A program made the position numbers and the translations under genes. Positions 7,541 through 15,992 of a DNA stretch of 21,772 nucleotides are shown one piece after another. The notes below the pieces were generated by a model that ran no database searches, was not told where the DNA came from, and worked only from the letters and a program-made list of their open reading frames with translations. Positions within the stretch are counted from its first letter, which is position 1; the number at the start of each line of letters is the position of its first letter. Origin of the DNA: a virus; IMG/VR virus record IMGVR_UViG_3300005828_000016, positions 1 through 21,772 of that record, one strand, 5' to 3'.

Positions 7541-9289
7541 TTACAGTGATGCTAAATCATTTATCTTTTTATCGGCTTCTTGTTGTGACGTCATATCAGA
7601 GCTAACAACGTATGCCTTTACTACAGTTCCAGTTCCAGTTGGTGTAACTACGTTATTCCCAGCGTTTACTGTTGTCTGTTGTGGGTTAAATACCGGAAGT
7701 GTTGGTTTAGTTGGAACTGCACCACCACCTTCGCCTCCAGGAGTTTTAGTTGAGATAATTGCTTTGACGTTTGCTAAACCAGAAGCTATCGCAACCCCAG
7801 CTGCAATGGCCGCTCTAACTGGAGATGTTGGGTCACCCGGAAGTAACTGTGAGTTGTATGCTTTTTGAGCACCTAAATATGTATCTACGGTTGTTTGAGC
7901 AATCGCCGCAGCTTTTGCAGCTCCAGAACCTTCTTTCAAAATACCTTGAAGTACACCCAAACCATTTGAAATAACTTCGAGGTTTGCAGCCTCTGCATCT
8001 TTCTGTAGTTGGATTTTATACTTTGTATTCTCTTCTTCGAGTTTCTTTTGTTTATCAGCAAATGCTTCTCTAACCTTTTGTTTCTCATCTTCAGATGCTT
8101 TTAGATTATCCAACTCCGCTAACATTTGCTCTTCAGCAATTCTCAGTTCTTCTTGGGCTAATGCGTAGGCATCCGTAATTCTTTCTTTATCTAATTCAGT
8201 TAGTATATCGTTAATTGAACGCTTTCTGTCTAACTCTTCTTTTTCAAGTTCTCTGCTCAGTTTTGCAGCTTCCAATTCTACAATTGAGAGTTGTGTTTGC
8301 GCTTCGATTCTTGAAGCAGTTGCCTCTGCCAATTGAGTTTCAAGTTCTTCTCTCTCTTCATATGTATTTGCGTTCTCAATCTGTAGGCGAAGTAGGTTTT
8401 CTTCTGCAGCAGCTTGGGCAGCAACGTTCTGAGCCAATTTAATCTGTGTCTCACCAACTTTCTCGAGAGCGGCAGCTCTTTCTTCATATGCCAATGAAGT
8501 ATCCTCAGCAATCTTCTTTTGCTCCTCTAACTGTTTGTTGAGTTGTGCATTCTCTACAATTAGTTTCTGTTGTTGGTTTCTCAAAGCTCTCTGAGCATCT
8601 ACCAATGTTGTTGCAACTGCCACAGCTTTGTTAACCTCTGCGACAAAGTTAGTACCAAACTCAACTACAGCTTCTACAGCATCTCCAACTTTATCTGTTA
8701 TATCTTCAACACCTAACACAACTTTACCAAGGGCATCAACTGCAATCTTTCCAGCTGCTGAGAAGTTACCTTTGAATAACTCACTCATTGCATTTCCAAG
8801 ATTTGGAATCAGTTCAAGAAGGCCCTCGAATCTGTTGATAATGTTTTGTTTGATTAGGTCAGCAAACTTTAGAAGGTATTCTTTTGGTTTTGTAAATACA
8901 TCTACCAACGTTCTACCAACGGCTGACGCAACCTCCATAATTTTACCAAATAGTAAACTCATCGTCTCCATTGCAATTGCCAACTTTCTCGAACCATCTT
9001 CTGATGATTTGAAGTATGCAATTAGTGAAGCGAATGCAGCAATCAACAAACCGATTCCAGTTGCAGCAATTGCACCCTTTAATGTTTTCATTGACGCAAC
9101 CACCTTTTTGATAGGTGCTGTGAGGTTATTGAATTTATCTTTTAGGTCAGTGAAGATAGTAGTTTCCTCTGCTGTCTTTTTAGTAGCAGTTCCCGCTTTC
9201 TCCATTGCCTTCTCAAAATCTTTCAGGTTATCAACTTCCTGTTCAATACCATCAATGGTAAATTTGATTTTAATTTCTTTCTCAGCCAT
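7541..9289 (-). CDS. Tape measure protein
   Basis: 582 aa. It has an N-terminal hydrophobic segment (GIGLLIAAFASLIAYF), a very long Glu/Lys/Ala/Gln coiled coil, and a Gly/Ala-rich hydrophobic C-terminal region (AAIAAGVAIASGLANVKAII). Confidence 0.7.
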   Translation of the reverse strand: MAEKEIKIKFTIDGIEQEVDNLKDFEKAMEKAGTATKKTAEETTIFTDLKDKFNNLTAPIKKVVASMKTLKGAIAATGIGLLIAAFASLIAYFKSSEDGSRKLAIAMETMSLLFGKIMEVASAVGRTLVDVFTKPKEYLLKFADLIKQNIINRFEGLLELIPNLGNAMSELFKGNFSAAGKIAVDALGKVVLGVEDITDKVGDAVEAVVEFGTNFVAEVNKAVAVATTLVDAQRALRNQQQKLIVENAQLNKQLEEQKKIAEDTSLAYEERAAALEKVGETQIKLAQNVAAQAAAEENLLRLQIENANTYEEREELETQLAEATASRIEAQTQLSIVELEAAKLSRELEKEELDRKRSINDILTELDKERITDAYALAQEELRIAEEQMLAELDNLKASEDEKQKVREAFADKQKKLEEENTKYKIQLQKDAEAANLEVISNGLGVLQGILKEGSGAAKAAAIAQTTVDTYLGAQKAYNSQLLPGDPTSPVRAAIAAGVAIASGLANVKAIISTKTPGGEGGGAVPTKPTLPVFNPQQTTVNAGNNVVTPTGTGTVVKAYVVSSDMTSQQEADKKINDLASL

Positions 9290-9304
9290 ACTATTCTAAA
9301 TATA
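9289..9304 (-). promoter_or_regulatory. Degenerate copy of the late-gene motif (TATATTTAGAATAGTATG) abutting the tape-measure ATG
   Basis: It shares the TATATTTA and ATAGTAT blocks with 14771-14786, with a 2-nt indel. Confidence 0.25.
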
Positions 9305-9321
9305 AATCTGTTTAGGTTTGT

Positions 9322-11853
9322 TTATGAGCAACTGAGACAATCTGTGAACGTTGTCAATACAGTTGTATTCGGTGTTGTTGCGGTTTCAGTGATAACTACC
9401 CAACATTCAAAACCACCGTCGTGAGATGTTTTAACTGCGCTTCCAGGTAACAGTGCATTTACTGAAGTGTATGCTGCGTAGAAGAAATCTCCAGGATTGT
9501 TACAACTTTGAATTGCATACTTTCTCAGAACCGGAGCTGTTGAACCGTTCCATCCAGTAGTTTCGTTCTCCCAACGGTTTATGTCGGTATCCCAATCAAA
9601 GCCACCGCCTCCGGTAGTAACTCCACCGCCACCTCCAGTAACTACGACGTCATCAATACCACCTCCAGTTGGTGAAGGGTCACCACCATTGATTAGTACA
9701 TCAACATCAAGAAGTTTGATTAGGTCAACTTTAACGGTTGCAATCTCACTCAAAGGCGCATCATAAATCTTTATAACTCTCCACCAAGAATTCTTGATAA
9801 ACACAGTATCATCAAATGAAATCCTTGAAATGTCTTGAGAATTCAAATTGAAGTATGCTGTTAGGATTCTTGAATATGGTGAATACAACTGTTGGATGTA
9901 TGAGTTCCAGAATCTTTCATAAACTGATTCGCCATCAATAGCTGCCAATGATGTAAATAGTGGAGTTTCTCTAAACCAATTCAAATTGAGTGTTGTTGGT
10001 GTTGTAGGCAGCGCAGCGTATGGCGACATTCTTGGATACGTATACTCTTCGTGAATAGTTACAGTACCATCAGTTAAATGCCAACTCTCATTGGTAGGTG
10101 GGCCGCTGATATTAGCTCTACCATTCCAAAACAACAATCTTGGTTTTACTCTCATTGGTAGGTGTTCAAGGTGATTGTAGGATTGAAGTAAATCACCCAA
10201 CTTCGAGAAGTATGGTATCAAAAACTCAGAATCAGTTGCAGTACCCTCAACGGCACAAATTGGTGTTGGAGCAAATAGCGTTTCAATCTTTTTACGTTCC
10301 TTTAACAAATCATTTTGAGAGTCGAACTGTAGTGCACCGTATGCTCTGTCGTATTCTTGTTGGAATGGTTTGTTGTGATGGTCTTCGTCTCTTTGGTCTG
10401 TGAAATCAATAATCTGTGATTGGTCAAAGAATACTGGAGTTAACACTGTGTCTTTTGAGTTATCCAATTTTGGCGTCCAATCAAATTGCTCTCCGCTGTT
10501 GATGTAGTCAACCCAAGGTTTGATAATAAATTCAAAGTCATTGTCTTTTGAAGGAACCATAACCAATTTGAATTTAGTTAGGATGCCTTTTAGGAAATCA
10601 ACACATTTAACATCATACTTTAGAAGCTCTGACACTGAAATAAATGTAGGTGCTGTAACACACTCCCATAACGAATCCTTTTGTACAACGTTGTTATAGT
10701 TTGAATCTTGGAATTGAATCTCAACTGACACTGCATCTGAAGCGCTCCCTGATTTTGTTAGGGCACCACTGAATGTCAAAGTATCTGTAGTGATGTATGG
10801 TACAACACCAAAAGGTACAGTTACAGATTTAGTATCCAGGATTAAACCTCCTTGACGAATTCGAATATTGTATGTTGGCGATGGATGTAACAAACTTCTA
10901 CCAATCTTCAAATTCAGATTGACATTAAATGTATACGTACCATTTTCTGGAATAAAGTAAAAAGATGAGAGTGGGTAAAAGCTTCCAGATGGGTCGCTAA
11001 TCTCATTCTCAAAGTAAATCCTACGCCATTGCGCACCCCAAGGTAAATTTTGGTCTGCTGAGGTTGCCTCAAAGGTTCCTGAATGGTCGTCAATTGTTGG
11101 AGATGCTGTTGGAATACCGTCAGTATATAGGTATTGAAACCAAATCTCATTGAATACAGAATCCGCTGAGTATGTGTAGTCTGTTTGTGCAAAGATAGCT
11201 TCAATGATTCTCTTTACTTGAATCATCGGAGTCATCTGATTAATATGTAGTGGGAAGTTGTTCTTTGAGAATGATTTCGGGAAGTCGTTACCTACAATGT
11301 TGAAACCAATTTGTGAATCTTCAAGTACATTACCATTCTCATCGTACGTATAACCTCTATCAGCCAGAATGTATCTCACACCTCCATTGTGAAGGCCTCC
11401 GTCCCAGCTATCGGTTACATTGTCTAAAGTTAGTTCGTGGTTCAGGTCGCTCAGATTGAGCTCTGGTAATAGCTTCTCACTCAATTGCGTTGCGAAGTCT
11501 CTGGTTTCTCCAAAGAATACAACTTCTAAATCAATTTGTGAAGTTTCTGAGTTTGTGTAGGCCGCTTGGATTCTCAAATGCCCAGATTTGTAAAATAGGC
11601 CGTCAACATAAATCTCAGCTGACACTCTCTTTGTAATGTCAAAGTCAATTGAGTTAACTTCATACCACCATTTGAATACCTTCGAGTTATTCTGAGTAGC
11701 GGGAATTCTAAACTGTTTTGAGAATGCCGAATTAACCTTTGGTATATCTTTAATGTCTTCGGCTGAAATTGTCAGCTTCAGAGGTTCCTCTTCATAAAGG
11801 TCTAACTCCCATTTGCTGCCGTCTTCGTCGTATACGTAAATTTGTAACGCCAT
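9322..11853 (-). CDS. Large tail-tip/hub (Tal-like) structural protein with a poly-Gly linker and a small Cys-containing C-terminal domain
   Basis: 843 aa. The N-terminus carries FSKQFRIPATQNNSKVF, seen in phage tail-tip proteins. The linker is GGDPSPTGGGIDDVVVTGGGGGVTTGGGG. The last 74 aa contain four Cys. Confidence 0.6.
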   Translation of the reverse strand: MALQIYVYDEDGSKWELDLYEEEPLKLTISAEDIKDIPKVNSAFSKQFRIPATQNNSKVFKWWYEVNSIDFDITKRVSAEIYVDGLFYKSGHLRIQAAYTNSETSQIDLEVVFFGETRDFATQLSEKLLPELNLSDLNHELTLDNVTDSWDGGLHNGGVRYILADRGYTYDENGNVLEDSQIGFNIVGNDFPKSFSKNNFPLHINQMTPMIQVKRIIEAIFAQTDYTYSADSVFNEIWFQYLYTDGIPTASPTIDDHSGTFEATSADQNLPWGAQWRRIYFENEISDPSGSFYPLSSFYFIPENGTYTFNVNLNLKIGRSLLHPSPTYNIRIRQGGLILDTKSVTVPFGVVPYITTDTLTFSGALTKSGSASDAVSVEIQFQDSNYNNVVQKDSLWECVTAPTFISVSELLKYDVKCVDFLKGILTKFKLVMVPSKDNDFEFIIKPWVDYINSGEQFDWTPKLDNSKDTVLTPVFFDQSQIIDFTDQRDEDHHNKPFQQEYDRAYGALQFDSQNDLLKERKKIETLFAPTPICAVEGTATDSEFLIPYFSKLGDLLQSYNHLEHLPMRVKPRLLFWNGRANISGPPTNESWHLTDGTVTIHEEYTYPRMSPYAALPTTPTTLNLNWFRETPLFTSLAAIDGESVYERFWNSYIQQLYSPYSRILTAYFNLNSQDISRISFDDTVFIKNSWWRVIKIYDAPLSEIATVKVDLIKLLDVDVLINGGDPSPTGGGIDDVVVTGGGGGVTTGGGGFDWDTDINRWENETTGWNGSTAPVLRKYAIQSCNNPGDFFYAAYTSVNALLPGSAVKTSHDGGFECWVVITETATTPNTTVLTTFTDCLSCS

Positions 11854-11854
11854 A

Positions 11855-13201
11855 TTAACCTCTTTGTATTTTCTGGTTGTTTGAGAACTCTACTGTGATT
11901 TCGTGTTGGAACAGTTTGTTTCTTGAGTTTGTCTTCTGTTCGTATGTTGCTGTTGTGATGTTACAAGGAATCCAAGTACCTTCTGTGTAGATTTGAGTAG
12001 ATGGTGATTGGAATAGTTCTTGAAGCCATTTAGAAACTTCGTCTGACATCCAATCAGTTTGTAAAGTCATCTCAGTTTGCGCAGTTGATGCAAAGGTTGT
12101 TTTACCTCTTCCGTGAGCGTCAATTGTAAATGTTGTATCGTTCCAAGTACCTAAAGTTTTTGTATATGAGTTTCTTTGGGTATTTGTAGTTCTTGTATTT
12201 CTTTTATCAAATGTATAGTAATCCTTTACACCAAATTGGTTTAGGAAACTAACTGTGATTGGTTCAAATGTTGGGCAATCGTCTTTGAGATTGAAAGCTG
12301 CTTCGTAGATTCCCCATTGTACCCATCCGTCATCCAGGATTTCGCCAACATCTTCGCAATCTCCAATGCTACCAACTTTACAACTATCTTTTGTATGAAT
12401 AGTAACTACGTATCTGTTGTAGTTACCGCCAATCCAAAGGTTTGCATCTTTTAGGTTCTGTGGGCCAACGCCTACAGTTGTGATGATATTTGAGTCTGTT
12501 GAGTTAACTACCAAATCGTTACAGTTACCTCTGATTGATGAACCGTTAGCTGCTGAGATTGCATAAACAGTTTCAGCAACAAATAGTGCATCATTGTAGA
12601 ATTTGATAGTTACCCAATGCATTGCCTCATTAGGGCCCCAGTTGTTGCCGTCATTCCAATTCTCAATGCGGCTGTAAAAGCTCAAAGTTTTATATTCGTC
12701 TTCAAGAACATCATATTGCTCTGGAAAGTTTGTCAAGAATTTGTATAGGCCTTTCATTGGGTATGCCGCTACAAAGTCAACTGCAGTCTCACAACTTCCG
12801 GCAATCATCTTTGGAATATAGTTTTCTAAATCTGAATTTACCACATCCCAGTTGTCGTACATATTGATTACGTACTTTAGGTCTGATATACCGTCAATAG
12901 TTGTAGAGTTTCCAGTTTCTGAACCGTATTCAATTCTATATGTTAGGTGAGCAAACGGTGTATCTGCAACTTTTGGAGTAGTCTCAATAAATGTCGGCTG
13001 TAGGTACGATTGCAATACTTTTTGAATATCAAAGATACCGACGTTAGCTGCATTCCTTGGTTGTTTGAAGGTTGCTACTGGAACGTTGTCAATTAGTACT
13101 CTCAGTACATATCTGTCTGCAACGCCAATTGAGTTTAGTATCCAAACGTTTGGTACGTATGCCGAATTGTTTTTATTTGGTTCTTGAGTTATTGTTACCA
13201 T
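11855..13201 (-). CDS. Tail structural protein (distal tail / baseplate-like)
   Basis: 448 aa. TAATATG junction to the 843-aa gene. The block FLNQFGVKDYYTFDK...WMSDEVSKWLQELFQSPS resembles tail proteins of Bacteroidota phages as I recall them. The function is inferred mainly from position. Confidence 0.5.
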   Translation of the reverse strand: MVTITQEPNKNNSAYVPNVWILNSIGVADRYVLRVLIDNVPVATFKQPRNAANVGIFDIQKVLQSYLQPTFIETTPKVADTPFAHLTYRIEYGSETGNSTTIDGISDLKYVINMYDNWDVVNSDLENYIPKMIAGSCETAVDFVAAYPMKGLYKFLTNFPEQYDVLEDEYKTLSFYSRIENWNDGNNWGPNEAMHWVTIKFYNDALFVAETVYAISAANGSSIRGNCNDLVVNSTDSNIITTVGVGPQNLKDANLWIGGNYNRYVVTIHTKDSCKVGSIGDCEDVGEILDDGWVQWGIYEAAFNLKDDCPTFEPITVSFLNQFGVKDYYTFDKRNTRTTNTQRNSYTKTLGTWNDTTFTIDAHGRGKTTFASTAQTEMTLQTDWMSDEVSKWLQELFQSPSTQIYTEGTWIPCNITTATYEQKTNSRNKLFQHEITVEFSNNQKIQRG

Positions 13202-13202
13202 A

Positions 13203-13655
13203 TCAAATGTCTAATCTGTTTGTTACTTCTGTTGCTACCAATTCTGAAAGTGCTTCGATGTCGAAGAATGGTTGTGGTTTTAATCCAAATTGGTAAATGT
13301 GTTTTCTGGCTGCTATAGGTAGGTCGCCGCCAATCATCTCATAGTCTCCTGAGAAACCGTAGCGTCTTCCAGCTCTTGGTTGTAGAACTCCGAATGTTGG
13401 AACGTCATTGGCAACCCTTTGTGTCATACCGTCTACTCCATAGTTTTGGAACATACCATATGTCAACATCTGAATTGTCAAACTGTTGTCTTCCAGGGTT
13501 GCTGTCAAAGAGTTTCTCAATTCTCCAGTATCTACTGGAACTCTTGATTTCATTTCATTGACAATGCGCCCACCTAAATCTAATAGGTTGGAATCTACTC
13601 CAGATATTGATTGGCCGAATTCTTGAAGGGCCGACATAAACTGTTCTACCGTCAT
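13203..13655 (-). CDS. HK97 gp10-like head-tail / tail-completion protein
   Basis: 150 aa containing SRVPVDTGELRNSL, the gp10-family signature (P.DTG.LR.S). TAATG overlap with the upstream gene. Confidence 0.6.
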   Translation of the reverse strand: MTVEQFMSALQEFGQSISGVDSNLLDLGGRIVNEMKSRVPVDTGELRNSLTATLEDNSLTIQMLTYGMFQNYGVDGMTQRVANDVPTFGVLQPRAGRRYGFSGDYEMIGGDLPIAARKHIYQFGLKPQPFFDIEALSELVATEVTNRLDI

Positions 13656-14113
13656 TAGTTAAAAGGTGCGATACATTGATTTAGTGGTGATGGAACTACA
13701 ACTTCTAAAGTTGCTGTCATTCCAGCTACTGTGTCTTGGAATCTTTCTTTGAACGGTGTGAGTGTTACGTTTAACGTCAAATCAATTTGGTCAGTGTACC
13801 CGAATCTCAATTGAGCTAAAATATCATCGATGTACTGTTGGCAATCCGATTGAACTGCTAACACATCTGAATCTGTTTGCGCCATTTCCATTACAATCAT
13901 ATTAAATCTGTATGTAATGCTCTGTTGGCTTCTTGAATGATTCGAAGGATTTAGAAACACATATGGGTAATCTGCTTCTTCAAGTTCTCCGGAACCTACA
14001 GCATTTGAACTTCTTGTTTTAATGTCTGAGAGGTTACCGTATCCGAAGTCTACCAATATTTTGTGATTGTAAACCACCTCTTGGATTCTATCTACTATTT
14101 CTTTGTAGGTCAT
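13655..14113 (-). CDS. Putative neck / head-tail joining protein (152 aa)
   Basis: ATG start. It sits between a structural gene and the gp10-like gene. The motif ADYPYVFLNPSN...YRFNMIV resembles neck and terminator proteins. Function is low confidence. Confidence 0.55.
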   Translation of the reverse strand: MTYKEIVDRIQEVVYNHKILVDFGYGNLSDIKTRSSNAVGSGELEEADYPYVFLNPSNHSRSQQSITYRFNMIVMEMAQTDSDVLAVQSDCQQYIDDILAQLRFGYTDQIDLTLNVTLTPFKERFQDTVAGMTATLEVVVPSPLNQCIAPFN

Positions 14114-14771
14114 ACTGTCTCTGTTGTTTTAATATTCTCTGTTGCTCTTCCAAGGCTTTCTCCTTTTGAAGCGCCATAAAGTTTAGTATTTGTTTGAGAG
14201 GTTTCTCGGTTACTTCGTCAATCTTTAGAACATCATTGTTTGCCAAATCCACGATAATGCGGTACCAACCCCTCGCAATTGCCATTGGTTCTGGTTTCTC
14301 AGATTCATCTGATTCTGATTGCCCATCTAAACCGAATAACTTTGCGTACTGTTTATAAATATAGGTTCTCCATTCGCTGAACTTCTCAATTATCCATTGG
14401 GCTTCTGCAACTGATTTACATACATTGTTCTTTGGGTAAAGAATCTTCAAGATGTCATAAATGTGTTTGTCAACTCCGAGATTGAAGTACACATCTAAAT
14501 CTACCCACTCTCCAAATGTCAAAGTATTGAAGTCTCTGATTTTGGTTTCCTTTCTTTGTGAGAGTACTGTTGCAATAAAGACAATACCCAACTGTTGAGA
14601 ATCATAGGTTGCCAAACCTAAAACTTTTTGTGGAGCTCCGGAAGCTACTGAAAGAATCCTCGGCCAATTTCTTGAATCCTCGAAATCCCAACAAATAATT
14701 CGTTGCCACTGTTCGATTGTAAATTCTTGGGGAATCTCATATGTGTTCCCTTCTAATGTAAACTTTACCAT
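14088..14771 (-). CDS. First gene of the late block, hypothetical (227 aa)
   Basis: ATG at 14771, directly after the terminator and the 16-mer motif. It has an acidic linker (SESDESEKPE) and a Gln/Arg-rich C-terminus. It overlaps the next gene by 26 nt. Confidence 0.65.
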   Translation of the reverse strand: MVKFTLEGNTYEIPQEFTIEQWQRIICWDFEDSRNWPRILSVASGAPQKVLGLATYDSQQLGIVFIATVLSQRKETKIRDFNTLTFGEWVDLDVYFNLGVDKHIYDILKILYPKNNVCKSVAEAQWIIEKFSEWRTYIYKQYAKLFGLDGQSESDESEKPEPMAIARGWYRIIVDLANNDVLKIDEVTEKPLKQILNFMALQKEKALEEQQRILKQQRQYDLQRNSR

Positions 14772-14786
14772 ATACTATTAAATATA
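14771..14786 (-). promoter_or_regulatory. Late-gene AT-rich motif TATATTTAATAGTATA, abutting the ATG
   Basis: Minus-sense TTTTTTTATATTTAATAGTATATG. Identical 16-mer to 3584-3599. The TATATTTA core is one base away from the Bacteroidetes -7 box TAnnTTTG. Confidence 0.35.
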
Positions 14787-14813
14787 AAAAAAGGCAACCA
14801 TCACTGATTGCCC
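14786..14813 (-). terminator. Rho-independent terminator closing the small-gene cassette
   Basis: Minus-sense GGCAA-tcagtgatgg-TTGCC, extendable to 7 bp with one G-U pair, followed by a run of seven T. Confidence 0.5.
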
Positions 14814-14836
14814 TCGGGGATTGTTAGCTATGCAAA

Positions 14837-14986
14837 CTACCAATTGTAAATAATTCTTTTAACTGTGGATTCTGAGCGGTTCGTCTTTGCTGCGATGGTT
14901 CTGATGTTCCATCCCATTGAATCTCTCAAGAATTTAATCATTGCTCTCTCATCATCTGTGAGGTATGTGTGCCCATTTGTTTTCAT
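14837..14986 (-). CDS. 49-aa helix-turn-helix protein (sigma region-4 / HTH_38-like)
   Basis: Not in the ORF track. Sequence is MKTNGHTYLTDDERAMIKFLRDSMGWNIRTIAAKTNRSESTVKRIIYNW. The LT..ER..I..L...G.s.r.IA....RS.STV.R pattern is a classic HTH. It fills an otherwise empty gap. Confidence 0.55.
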   Translation of the reverse strand: MKTNGHTYLTDDERAMIKFLRDSMGWNIRTIAAKTNRSESTVKRIIYNW

Positions 14987-14997
14987 TTTATACTTTT

Positions 14998-15261
14998 TTA
15001 TTTTATAACATAATTGTGGAACCTTTTGTAGACAGCTCTGAAATCATCTTCGCCATCCCAAGAATCATATGAGTTTGTACAGATATGATAGTTCGCTTCC
15101 TTTTTACGTCGGTGTTGTACTTTTGTTTCCTCAATGAATACAATTCTTTTATCTTCTAACTGGAAAGTGTAAAGACGACGTTTGTCTGAAGGTCTCGAGA
15201 TTTCTTCAATTAGGTCTGCCCCGAAATCATCAATGATATTTTGAATTTGTTCTTCTGTCAT
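14998..15261 (-). CDS. Hypothetical protein (87 aa)
   Basis: ATG start with TAATG overlap to the upstream ORF. No motif recognised. Confidence 0.65.
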   Translation of the reverse strand: MTEEQIQNIIDDFGADLIEEISRPSDKRRLYTFQLEDKRIVFIEETKVQHRRKKEANYHICTNSYDSWDGEDDFRAVYKRFHNYVIK

Positions 15262-15461
15262 TACTTTACAATTTTAGCAATTTGTTTTGATGGGTTAACA
15301 GTGTAGAACATTGATTCTTCGTCTGCGATAACTTCTACTGAGTAAAAGTGAGCGGCTTCAGTTTCATAAACATTTGCTACTTCGAATTCGTCTAACAAAG
15401 TTTTAGCTTTGATAGTTTTCCAGATTTGAACTACTTGAGGATGCTGTGCTGCGTTATTCAT
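15261..15461 (-). CDS. Hypothetical protein (66 aa from the first ATG)
   Basis: The track start at 15515 is TTG. The first ATG, at 15461, gives MNNAAQHPQVVQIWK... Confidence 0.55.
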   Translation of the reverse strand: MNNAAQHPQVVQIWKTIKAKTLLDEFEVANVYETEAAHFYSVEVIADEESMFYTVNPSKQIAKIVK

Positions 15462-15575
15462 ACTTTTAGTTTTAGTGGGTGATATTCCCGATTGATTACA
15501 TAGTAAATATAGCAAAAAGATTTGACATAAAAAAGTTTTTAGGTAACTATTTTAGGTTTCTTTTAGTATTATTTA

Positions 15576-15845
15576 CTAATTGCTTTCGAATCGTTTTACT
15601 TGGGCTTCGATGGCGAAATCCCATTGGGTTTTGAAGTTGTTGCTCCAATCCCACTCTCTGTATGCCCAATCTTCCCAATCGTTAAAGAAGTCTTCTAACA
15701 TATCAATGTAGAATTGTGGGTAGTTGTCAGCCTTTGCTGTTTTTAGAAAGTGTTCAACATATAGTAATGTTGTTTCTTCATCTGCGCCAATTTGTAGGAT
15801 ACTTCTGAATAGGTCTTCTTGAAGTTCTTGTTTTAGATTATTCAT
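15576..15845 (-). CDS. Strongly acidic, Trp-rich small protein (89 aa)
   Basis: ATG start. Hand count: 19 D/E against 8 K/R, and 5 Trp clustered in DWEDWAYREWDWSNNFKTQWD. Confidence 0.65.
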   Translation of the reverse strand: MNNLKQELQEDLFRSILQIGADEETTLLYVEHFLKTAKADNYPQFYIDMLEDFFNDWEDWAYREWDWSNNFKTQWDFAIEAQVKRFESN

Positions 15846-15945
15846 TTGAATCGATTTGTTTTTGAAATTGTATTTGCTCTGCTACTTCTATAGGTAGTTC
15901 ATATGGGTTACCGTTGATGTAGTGATAAAAATAGTAGTCATTCAT
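15838..15945 (-). CDS. Possible 35-aa ORF, first in the cassette
   Basis: MNDYYFYHYINGNPYELPIEVAEQIQFQKQIDSNE. The ATG is ~17 nt downstream of the TATAAT box at 15962-15967. Its stop overlaps the next start (ATGAATAA). Confidence 0.3.
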   Translation of the reverse strand: MNDYYFYHYINGNPYELPIEVAEQIQFQKQIDSNE

Positions 15946-15961
15946 ATAATAGTGTTTATAT

Positions 15962-15992
15962 ATTATATAACCAACTTTTAATTTTGTTTCAA
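15962..15992 (-). promoter_or_regulatory. Promoter-like element A: TTGAAA-N19-TATAAT
   Basis: Minus-sense TTTTGAAACAAAATTAAAAGTTGGTTATATAATATATAAACACT. It begins 13 nt after the terL stop codon and shares an extended pattern with the sites at 20131-20161 and 20409-20438. Confidence 0.45.

Noticed and set aside
8278-8511. Minus-strand ORFs nested in other frames of larger genes (8278-8511, 10914-11204, 16975-17241)
   Set aside because: They are fully embedded in the tape measure, the 843-aa tail protein and terL respectively. They have odd composition and no independent start context.
14088-14113. Programmed frameshift at the 26-nt overlap between the 227-aa and 152-aa genes, by analogy with tail-chaperone G/GT
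   Set aside because: No slippery heptamer (XXXYYYZ) is visible in the overlap. The downstream gene has its own ATG, and the pair is not located upstream of the tape measure.
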